A stretch of 64,000 nucleotides of DNA from Nitrososphaeria archaeon (lineage in GTDB: Archaea > Thermoproteota > Nitrososphaeria > Nitrososphaerales > JAAOZN01). A program made the translations under genes and the position numbers. Positions 46,961 to 54,511 of this stretch are shown piece by piece. The stretch spans positions 95,800 to 159,799 of the forward strand of contig JARVJZ010000002.1 of NCBI GenBank assembly GCA_029775855.1. Reading direction: 5' to 3'. The notes under the pieces are model-generated. The model made no database searches and was not told where the DNA came from. It was given only the letters and a program-made list of their open reading frames with translations. How positions within the stretch are numbered: position 1 is the stretch's first letter; each line of letters begins with the position of its first letter.

Positions 46961-48679
46961 ATGCTGACTACAGATATGACTAGTACAGATTCTGAAAAAT
47001 CAGATAGAAGATCCTTCCTTAAGATCGTTGGAGGCACGCTTGTAGGATTAGTTGTAGGTTCTGCTGCCGGCTACTACCTTAGATCACCTGAGATCCGTGA
47101 GGTCATCAGAACAGTGACGCAAACGGAAGCAGCGCGGACAGTAACCCAAACAATTACTGCACCGGCAACCACAATCACACAGACCAGAACTATAACCCAA
47201 ACAGCAACGGTAACAGTGACACAGACCGCTACTCCAGTAGCCAGACCTAGGCTCACTATAGCTCAGGGTGTTGACCCTACTACAATGGACCCTGATATGC
47301 AGAGCGAGACCCCTACGTTTGTTGTGCTCTTTCACATATACGACAGCTTTCTGCAAGTCGATAGAGAAGGTAAGCTTGTACCAGTGTTAGCAACTTCTTG
47401 GACATATCAAGATCCTAGAACCTTAGATCTTGAGCTGAGGCGTGGTGTAAAGTTCAGCAACGGCGAAGAATTCAATGCTGAGGTCGCTGCATTCAACCTG
47501 CGTAGAATGACTACACCACCACTTATTCCAGACGCTAAGCCCACAGTCTTGGCACGAGACTATCTAACGGTGCAAGACGTTGAAGTATTGGATAACTATA
47601 GGATAAGGATAAAGATGAAGCAGTCTGATCCGCTTCTCCTACGCATCCTTAGAAACAAGCTTGTAATACCGAAGAAGTATGTGGAGGAGAATGGTTTTGA
47701 TATACTTGCAACGAAACCCGTAGGTACTGGACCCTATACTCTAAAGGAGTGGATAAAGGGAGACCACCTTACTCTAGTTAAGAGACCTGATTATTGGCAA
47801 GGACCAGCAGCGGTAGATGAGGTGGTTTTTAGACCCATACCTGAGGCGGCAACTAGGGTTGCGGAGCTGAGAGTTGGGAATGTGGATATTATAACTAATG
47901 TTCCTCCAGATCAAGCTGGTGCGCTTGATGCTGAGCCTAATATCGATGTGAGGACTGTTCCCAGTGTTAGAGTTGCTTTTGTGATGATGAATACTGAGAC
48001 CAATGAGAAGCTTAGAGATCCTAGGGTTAGGCAGGCTTTGAACTATGCGGTTGATGTGAACTCTATTATCCAGCATATCTTCCAAGGCTATGCTAAACGG
48101 GTTTCAACACTTTGCCCATCATTCTTCGCTCCCTATGATCCAAACAATAAGTTCTATGAGTATAATCCGGCTAAAGCTAAGCAGCTCCTTGCAGATGCTG
48201 GCTACAAGGATGGGTTTGAGATAGATATGGAGGTGGCTAGGGGTAGGTGGCTTGGAGCTGAAGCTGCTGCTGAAGCCATAGCGGGTATGCTGAACGCTGT
48301 AGGCATCAAGACCACACTCTACACACCTGAATTTGGTGTTTGGGCTAAAGGAACGCAAGAGCATAAAATCAGAAGCTTGGCTTACGCTGCTTGGGGTAAC
48401 AACACCTTTAATGTGCTTCAATCGATTAATGCTCTGCTACACAGCAACAGACCATTCTCATGGTATAGCAACAGTAAGTTAGATGCTCTCATAGATCAAG
48501 CATTCGACACACCGGATCCGGAAAAGCATAATGCCATCCTTAGAGAGGCTCTTGACTTGATATTTGAGGAGGCACCCTATATCTTCCTATATCAGCACGT
48601 TGACATCTACGGTGTGAACTCTAAGGTCAGTTGGCAGCCTAGACCCGATGAACTTATACTCGCGTACGAAGCAAGGTAG
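46961..48679 (+). CDS. ABC substrate-binding protein (family 5) with a Tat-like signal and Thr-rich linker
   Basis: The N-terminus SDRRSFLKIVGGTLVGLVVGSAAG is a twin-arginine-like signal. A low-complexity linker follows (TVTQTEAARTVTQTITAPATTITQTRTITQTATVTVTQTATP), then an SBP_bac_5-like body. Confidence 0.85.
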   Translation: MLTTDMTSTDSEKSDRRSFLKIVGGTLVGLVVGSAAGYYLRSPEIREVIRTVTQTEAARTVTQTITAPATTITQTRTITQTATVTVTQTATPVARPRLTIAQGVDPTTMDPDMQSETPTFVVLFHIYDSFLQVDREGKLVPVLATSWTYQDPRTLDLELRRGVKFSNGEEFNAEVAAFNLRRMTTPPLIPDAKPTVLARDYLTVQDVEVLDNYRIRIKMKQSDPLLLRILRNKLVIPKKYVEENGFDILATKPVGTGPYTLKEWIKGDHLTLVKRPDYWQGPAAVDEVVFRPIPEAATRVAELRVGNVDIITNVPPDQAGALDAEPNIDVRTVPSVRVAFVMMNTETNEKLRDPRVRQALNYAVDVNSIIQHIFQGYAKRVSTLCPSFFAPYDPNNKFYEYNPAKAKQLLADAGYKDGFEIDMEVARGRWLGAEAAAEAIAGMLNAVGIKTTLYTPEFGVWAKGTQEHKIRSLAYAAWGNNTFNVLQSINALLHSNRPFSWYSNSKLDALIDQAFDTPDPEKHNAILREALDLIFEEAPYIFLYQHVDIYGVNSKVSWQPRPDELILAYEAR

Positions 48680-48723
48680 AAGCGCCTTAGTTTAAGCGGA
48701 TGTGTTGAGGCGTGTTCTGAGCG

Positions 48724-49656
48724 TTGGCTAGAGCTAATATTGGACGCTACTTGGTTAAACGGCTGCTCTCAGCGTTAATAGTCGTAATTGGCGTGACCGC
48801 GGTTATCTTCGTAGTTTCAAGGCTGTCTGGAGACCCTGTCGATCTTATGCTTGGGTTAGAGGCTACTCCTGAGTCGAGAGCTGCGCTTAGACACGCATTA
48901 GGCTTAGATCAACCACTTCATATCCAATATTTCATCTTCTTATCCAACGCTATAAGAGGAGACTTCGGCGTGTCGATAAGGAATAATGTTCCCGCTATGC
49001 AGCTCGTTTTGGAGAGACTTCCGAACACAATCTTGCTCACATTGGTCACTGTTCTTTTGGCTGTGGCGGTAGCTATACCGATAGGTATCGTCTCTGCGCT
49101 CAAGCATAACACCATCTTCGACTACTTAGGCATGACTTTCACGTTTGTTGGGCAGTCGATACCGAGCTTCTGGCTCGGTATTCTGCTCATACTTTTTTTG
49201 GGTGTGCAGCTTCGCTTGCTTCCGATATCCGGTATAGGTACGCCTGCGCATCTAGTTATGCCCGCTATTACGTTGAGTTCTTTTCTTCTCGCTTCGCTAG
49301 CTAGGCTTACCCGTTCAAGTATGCTTGAGACTTTAAATAGAGACTATATTAGAACAGCGAAGGCTAAGGGGTTAAAGTACAGTAGGGTTATTATACGCCA
49401 CGCCCTTAGAACAGCGCTTATACCCGTTGTTACTGTGCTGGGCCTACAGATTGCAGCTTTAATGGGTGGTGCTGTGATAACTGAGCAGATATTCGCTTAC
49501 CCGGGTGTAGGTTGGCTCGCTATAACCGCGATCTACGCTAGAGACTTCCCTGTGGTTCAGGCGGTTGTCTTTGTGGTTTCCGTTATTGTTGTTCTGGCTA
49601 ATCTTGTAGTCGATATTGTTTACACATATCTTGACCCTAGGATAGGGTATGAGTGA
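48724..49656 (+). CDS. Peptide ABC transporter permease (OppB/DppB-type), second locus
   Basis: A multi-TM protein with RDYIRTAKAKGL (EAA loop) and a C-terminal LDPRI. Confidence 0.9.
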   Translation: MARANIGRYLVKRLLSALIVVIGVTAVIFVVSRLSGDPVDLMLGLEATPESRAALRHALGLDQPLHIQYFIFLSNAIRGDFGVSIRNNVPAMQLVLERLPNTILLTLVTVLLAVAVAIPIGIVSALKHNTIFDYLGMTFTFVGQSIPSFWLGILLILFLGVQLRLLPISGIGTPAHLVMPAITLSSFLLASLARLTRSSMLETLNRDYIRTAKAKGLKYSRVIIRHALRTALIPVVTVLGLQIAALMGGAVITEQIFAYPGVGWLAITAIYARDFPVVQAVVFVVSVIVVLANLVVDIVYTYLDPRIGYE

Positions 49657-50522
49657 TAATGCCTAGCGCACTTTTAGTTAGTATGCGGAGGACTCCTCTT
49701 TTCGTAATTGGAGCTGCTATTCTTGGAGTTATAATCTTGGCTTCGCTGTTTGCTCCTTGGCTAGCTCAAAGGGACCCTCTTCACCAGAGCCTTGCTGATA
49801 GGTTAAAGCCTCCTGTTTTTGTTGATGGTGCTTCTGAGTATTTGTTTGGTTCTGACCATCTTGGAAGAGATATCTTTAGCAGAATCCTCTATGGTATTAG
49901 GGTTTCACTGATTCTTGGTGTGTTGGCTGTCTTTATATCTGGGTTGATAGGCGTATCTTTAGGGTTGATATCTGGTTATTATGGCGGAGTGTTAGATCAC
50001 ATTATTATGCGTGTTACTGATATTATGCTCTCCATACCAGTTATTCTACTTGCGATAGCCGTTATAGCAGTTTTAGGCGTTGGCTTCACTAATCTTGTTT
50101 TGGTTATAGGTTTTACTCAGTGGATGGTCTACGCTAGAACCGTTAGAGGAGAAACGCTTTCACTAAAGGAGAAGGAGTTTGTAGAAGCTGCACGCGCATT
50201 AGGGGTTGGTGATCTCGGCATACTCTTTAGATGCATCTTCTTAAATGCTCTGCCGACAATAATCGTCGTCGCTACTTTGAATGTAGCTACAGTTATAGTG
50301 CTTGAAGCTGGGCTGAGCTTTCTAGGGTTAGGAATTCAGCCCCCTACACCTTCGCTCGGCTACATGCTTGCTGAGGGAAGGCTCTACTTGGAGAAAGCTT
50401 GGTGGTATGCCACTTTACCTGGACTTGTGCTTATGTTGATTGTGTTGGCGATAAACATGATGGGAGACGGGCTCAGAGATATCTTAGATCCTTATAGGAG
50501 ACAGGTCTACGCCAGAACATAA
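49653..50522 (+). CDS. Peptide ABC transporter permease (OppC/DppC-type), second locus
   Basis: A multi-TM protein with KEFVEAARALG and GDGLRDILDP. It overlaps the upstream permease gene by 4 nt. Confidence 0.9.
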   Translation: MIMPSALLVSMRRTPLFVIGAAILGVIILASLFAPWLAQRDPLHQSLADRLKPPVFVDGASEYLFGSDHLGRDIFSRILYGIRVSLILGVLAVFISGLIGVSLGLISGYYGGVLDHIIMRVTDIMLSIPVILLAIAVIAVLGVGFTNLVLVIGFTQWMVYARTVRGETLSLKEKEFVEAARALGVGDLGILFRCIFLNALPTIIVVATLNVATVIVLEAGLSFLGLGIQPPTPSLGYMLAEGRLYLEKAWWYATLPGLVLMLIVLAINMMGDGLRDILDPYRRQVYART

Positions 50523-51012
50523 CCCAAATACCTCCATAACTCCATACGGCGTGATAAACGCTTCTCGATAAACCAGACGGGCTTCTTAGAAATCACAATA
50601 GAATACGAACCCCAAAAAATGGTTCTACATAGGCTCCACACTCTAATCGCCTGCACCACCTACCTACTTTACGACTGGGCAAAGAAAAAAGCCATCCTAG
50701 AACGAATAAAGAAAAAATTTAAGCAAAACTATCATCCGCAGAATAAGAAACAATTAAAGAATGACGAAGAGGTTTCTCTGTGAATCTACTAGCTCACTCT
50801 CATCTGCGGGCGTTATAGGTTTAGCATTCGCCCTATTCAAAACACTAAAAGCAATACACCTAAACATAAAATGTACTAAACGAATCACCAATACTGCTTC
50901 AAATCTTGCTGTTGTAAATTTTTCGCGCAACAACACAAAAGCGGTATGCATCAGTTTTCGCGCCTGGATAAAGATTAGGTGGTGAGCAAGAAAAGTAAAC
51001 TTTGTAATGCTT

Positions 51013-51444
51013 TTAGATAAATCTCCTTTTTAATGGGGTTCTGTCGAAGTCCACGTCGTTTGATATTATTTCTTTTGCCCTACTCTTTAATGCGGAGGCC
51101 AAATGTATCGCGTCTTCATAGTCAAGGCTGTATTCTTTCATCAGTTTAGCTGCCTCAATTAAATCTTCCATTGTTAGAGGCATTATTCTCAAACTGGATA
51201 AGCCCTCTATCGAGTTTACTACCTCTTCGACTAATTCTTGGTTCTTTAGGTTTTTTCCCGTTAAGCCAGCTATTATCACCATTATTTGGTATAACGTTAA
51301 AGCTGATGTTACATATTTCCCTCGCGAAGCCCCTTCAATTTTCCTTACCCATTCATATGAAGTTCTGCCTAGGGTGGGATGGTTGCCAAGCCAATAAACG
51401 AAAACGTTTACGTCTATGTAGCCCTCTGAGTCCTGGTCCACCAT
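51013..51444 (-). CDS. vapC: PIN-domain toxin (VapC-like)
   Basis: Has YIDVNVFVYWL (first acidic residue), ...YEDAIHLASAL... and ISNDVDFD, which is the typical PIN acidic quartet spacing. I prefer the ATG at 51444 over the track's 51489 start. Confidence 0.75.
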   Translation of the reverse strand: MVDQDSEGYIDVNVFVYWLGNHPTLGRTSYEWVRKIEGASRGKYVTSALTLYQIMVIIAGLTGKNLKNQELVEEVVNSIEGLSSLRIMPLTMEDLIEAAKLMKEYSLDYEDAIHLASALKSRAKEIISNDVDFDRTPLKRRFI

Positions 51445-51665
51445 TTTCTCATGACCTCTGTTACAAATTCGTCGAGGTCTTCCGGCCATTTCGCTATTTT
51501 GAAGGCGCCAAAGTATTCGTCGGCTATAGGCTCAAGAGGCTCTATTATGATGCCCTTCTCGTCCACCCTTATTTTAACGTAGCCCCCCTCCTTCACTCCA
51601 GCCTTTTCTCTCACGCTTTTAGGAATGATAATCCTGCCTTTCTCGTCCACCTTTACGGTTTTCAA
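51414..51665 (-). CDS. vapB: AbrB/SpoVT-type antitoxin (VapB-like)
   Basis: Has the VKVDEKGRIIIPKSVREKAGVKEGGYVKI swapped-hairpin motif. It lies directly upstream of the PIN gene and overlaps it. Confidence 0.8.
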   Translation of the reverse strand: MKTVKVDEKGRIIIPKSVREKAGVKEGGYVKIRVDEKGIIIEPLEPIADEYFGAFKIAKWPEDLDEFVTEVMRKWWTRTQRAT

Positions 51666-51771
51666 ACTTATCCCACCAAAAATATGATTCCCACAGATTT
51701 AAATATTCCCGCCACGATGCCAAGGTGGAAGACTTCTATCTATTATCTTAGATTACTGCTTCTATGCAGGT

Positions 51772-52599
51772 TTATTGTGGGCTTCTCTTCTTATGTTTGC
51801 TCTTGGTTTCGGATGGTTTCAGGAAAGATTTTATTTCTTCTGTGAGTTTTTCTGCTGTTATTTCGAGGAGTTTTTTGCCTTCTTCTGCTGTGGCTCCTCT
51901 TGGGTCTCCTAATACTCCTACTGGGGTCAGTCTTTTGAGCCCATAGGTGAAGCTTTCTAGCTGTGAGATCTTGAGGCGTTCAGGTTTGTAGAATTCTTCG
52001 TTTGCTAAGCCTTCTACTGCTAGGTCCATTCTTGTTGCTTGAGGTTTTACGTGGAGCATCATAGATGTTTCTGCGTATCCCGCGTGCACGCCAGCCTTTA
52101 CTCTGCTTACACCTTTTTTCTCGAGGTAGTCGATGCTTGCGTTTATGTAGCGGTCTGTTGGTATGGCGAAGATCTTAGCTTTATCCATGAATACTTTTGC
52201 TATTCTTGGTGTGTAGGTTATTATGGTGTCTGAGTTGCCTCCGTGTGATGAGAGTATGATGATGTTTTTGAAGCCTGATTCAACTAGGCTTTCGCAGTAG
52301 TCGTAGAGTATGTTGACGAAGGTGTCTATTGATAGTGTTATTGTGCCTGGGAAGCCGATGTGGTGCTCAGATAACCCTGGTCTTATGACTGGTGCTACTA
52401 AGGCGTTTCCAAGTTTTTTTGCGCAGGCTTCTGCTAATGCGTAGCCTAGTGTTGTGTCGGTTGAGGTTGGTAGGTGTGGGCCGTGCTGCTCTATTGAGCC
52501 TGCTACTACTATTGCTGTGTCTTTGCCTGCTTTGATTGCTTCTTCTATCTCCTTCCAAGTCATATCCTCCATCAAAACTTTTTCAGCCAATTCTATCAT
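51772..52599 (-). CDS. Creatininase-family amidohydrolase
   Basis: Contains VVAGSIEQHGPHLPTSTD and SSHGGN in 275 aa. Confidence 0.8.
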   Translation of the reverse strand: MIELAEKVLMEDMTWKEIEEAIKAGKDTAIVVAGSIEQHGPHLPTSTDTTLGYALAEACAKKLGNALVAPVIRPGLSEHHIGFPGTITLSIDTFVNILYDYCESLVESGFKNIIILSSHGGNSDTIITYTPRIAKVFMDKAKIFAIPTDRYINASIDYLEKKGVSRVKAGVHAGYAETSMMLHVKPQATRMDLAVEGLANEEFYKPERLKISQLESFTYGLKRLTPVGVLGDPRGATAEEGKKLLEITAEKLTEEIKSFLKPSETKSKHKKRSPQ

Positions 52600-52788
52600 T
52601 TCGTTAAGGTTTGGTCGGCTAGATAAGCTTTCGCATTAATATATAGCTTAAATTTGTAGCGTAGGTTAGGGAGAAGATTAGTTTGCGAGCTACTTTGCCT
52701 ACCTAGAAGTTAGCCTTTCTTAGCTTAATCGAAGTTTTAAAGCAAGATTTTAATAGGTTATGGTAGGCGAGTTTTATTCTTTACTTTT

Positions 52789-53268
52789 CTATGTGGTGCT
52801 ACGCTCAAGTTTCTGCTTTAGCTCTTTCACTTCTGCCTCCAGTACTGCTACTCTTTGTAGGACATCAAGCCTCTTTTCAAGGCTGTCAAAGCGGACCATA
52901 GTTTCGTTTCTGAGTGAGATGAGGCGTTCGTCGAATGCTTTGAATTTCTCATCGAAGGCTGCTAGTTTCTCGTTAAACGCCTTTAGTTTCTCGTCGAATG
53001 CTTTTAGTTTCTCATCAAATGCTTTTAGTTTTTCGTCGAATGCTTTGAATCGGTCGTCGACGTAGGTGCGGAGGTCTGCTAGTTCGGTGCGAACGAGGCT
53101 TCTGATTTCTGGTAGTAGGAATCTTGCGACCCATCTTGGAACTCTTTCGACCGCCTTTTCAACCATAGTTGGATTGATTGTTGAGGTTGCTAAAAAAGTT
53201 ATAGGGGTTGCTTGGGTGAAGATCTTAGGGTGGCGTTGAGGGTGTTGCTGGATTGGCTTTTTAGGCAT
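52789..53268 (-). CDS. Hypothetical coiled-coil protein with KAFDEKL heptad tandem repeats
   Basis: Within 159 aa, the central stretch reads RFKAFDEKLKAFDEKLKAFDEKLKAFNEKLAAFDEKFKAFDERL. The C-terminus is also helical (LEAEVKELKQKLE). Confidence 0.6.
   Translation of the reverse strand: MPKKPIQQHPQRHPKIFTQATPITFLATSTINPTMVEKAVERVPRWVARFLLPEIRSLVRTELADLRTYVDDRFKAFDEKLKAFDEKLKAFDEKLKAFNEKLAAFDEKFKAFDERLISLRNETMVRFDSLEKRLDVLQRVAVLEAEVKELKQKLERSTT
52927..53058. repeat. About 6 tandem copies of a 21-nt unit (in-frame heptad repeat of the coiled-coil gene)
   Basis: The + strand units gaatgctttgaatttctcatc, gaaggctgctagtttctcgtt, aaacgcctttagtttctcgtc, gaatgcttttagtttctcatc, aaatgcttttagtttttcgtc and gaatgctttgaatcggtcgtc are near-identical. 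Confidence 0.85.
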
Positions 53269-53306
53269 GAGGGTTTAGTTGTGGATGATCTTGTTAGGAG
53301 GTTTTT

Positions 53307-53544
53307 GTGGTTGATGGTGTTGAGGTGGAGTTGAATTTGTATGGTGAGGGTTGTCATAGTTGGGGAGGATAGGTCGAGGATCTATGGGGATGATGTGAAA
53401 AGGTTCTTTGATTCGGTCATTAGGTTGTCCAAGATCTTTAAAGAGCAGGTCTACTTGCTTATGTTCGGCTTCTATGTTCATTCGTCTGCTGAGCGTGAAG
53501 CTGAGTCTAGAGGGGTGAGGCTTATAGCCTCATATATAAGGTAA
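53307..53544 (+). pseudogene. Possible frameshifted remnant of a small gene (nuclease-fold-like C-terminal fragment, tentative)
   Basis: The track ORF 53341-53544 reads VIVGEDRSRIYGDDVKRF...VYLLMFGFYV...AESRGVRLIASY. It is preceded, in another frame, by VVDGVEVELNLYGEG (53307-53351) with stops on both sides. Together these resemble a D...E.E...(E/D)xK/R-S core plus C-terminal strand. No intact N-terminus exists. Confidence 0.25.
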
Positions 53545-53809
53545 GGGTTCTTCTGTTGGCTCTAGCGGGGGTGTATTGAGCTGTTGTGTTGTTAGATGGT
53601 TAGTTTCTGTATTTGGTTGGAAATTTTTAGCACGTTATTTTTTTATGTGCGGGATGTTGGTAGCTTGGTGCTCTGTTGGTGTAAGTTTTGGTAGTGTAGG
53701 GTTGTGTTTTGATTTTCGGTTTTTAGTAAATGTTCTTTGACTCTTTTGCTAATTTCCGAAAAAAAGTCTATGTGCAGCTAGGTGGCATAGGGTAGGTGGA
53801 GGATCCAAG

Positions 53810-54358
53810 ATGAACAAGAAGATACCCTTAGCGGTGCTGGTTGGGGTTGTGGTTGTAGCCGCAGCGGCTGCCTTCGGCTACTCCGCTGGAGTGGCTGCTG
53901 TCAAGGAGCAGTTCGGAGTCAAGGGCTGGGTTCAAGTCAAGGTGGTCAGAGACGGGCAAGTCATATACTACCACGAAGGGCATAACGTCATAACTAATGC
54001 GGGTAAGGATGGTATCGCGAAGCAGATCGGTTCAACATCACCACACACCAACGGTGCAAACTGGATAGCGCTATCGACAAACAATGGCACGCCAGATGCA
54101 ACTTGGACATCGATACCAGATGAAATTACATCAGGGGGTTTAGAAAGAGCCCAAGGAACATATTCGCACACTAACGGAACCAACACATTCCAAGTTCAAA
54201 AAACTTTCACAGCAACTGCTACACATACTGGGGTTAGAATGGCTGGGCTATTCTTCGGACCTAACGGCGGCACACTACTAGCAGCAAACACATTCTCATC
54301 AGTCAACTTGATCAGCGGTGACCAGCTTACAGTGACGTGGACTATAACGATATCGTAG
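53810..54358 (+). CDS. Small secreted or membrane-anchored beta-rich protein (hypothetical)
   Basis: A strong SD-like ggtggagga sits 6-8 nt before the ATG. The N-terminus is MNKKIPLAVLVGVVVVAAAAAFGY (signal/anchor). The remaining ~150 aa are T/G/N/S-rich (HNVITNAGKDGIAKQIG...TVTWTITIS). No family named with confidence. Confidence 0.7.
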   Translation: MNKKIPLAVLVGVVVVAAAAAFGYSAGVAAVKEQFGVKGWVQVKVVRDGQVIYYHEGHNVITNAGKDGIAKQIGSTSPHTNGANWIALSTNNGTPDATWTSIPDEITSGGLERAQGTYSHTNGTNTFQVQKTFTATATHTGVRMAGLFFGPNGGTLLAANTFSSVNLISGDQLTVTWTITIS

Positions 54359-54396
54359 CGCGCATAAGCTGCTTAACCATAACCTCAGCTGAATTA

Positions 54397-54436
54397 GCCT
54401 CTCCTCTGCGATAGAGGGGAGGCACCCCCTCTTTTT
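54397..54436 (+). terminator. Stem-loop plus T5 tract downstream of the small secreted-protein gene
   Basis: gcctctcctct-gcgat-agaggggaggc forms an 11-bp stem with one G-U pair (54397-54423). ctttttc follows, with T5 at 54432-54436. Confidence 0.5.
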
Positions 54437-54511
54437 CCCCAGGTTTGCTAGCTTACGCTATCTAAGTTGGGTTCTCCGGGTTGAGTGTTGAGTGAGTTGG
54501 GTAGGGTGGCG

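Noticed and set aside
47074-47356. Two minus-strand ORFs (60 and 90 aa) over the start of the second SBP gene
   Set aside because: They sit antisense to the Thr-rich (ACN-repeat) linker, whose complement is stop-poor. This is a low-complexity artefact.
50754-50985. Two overlapping short ORFs on opposite strands (65 and 74 aa) in the gap after the second Opp operon
   Set aside because: They mutually overlap, have no motifs or RBS/TATA context that I could see, and have odd compositions. I treat them as non-coding unless homology says otherwise.
52760-53065. 101-aa + strand ORF (FSSNAFSFSSNAFSFSSNA...)
   Set aside because: It is the antisense reading of the 21-nt tandem repeat. The minus-strand coiled-coil reading (KAFDEKL heptads with helical flanks) is the biologically sensible one.
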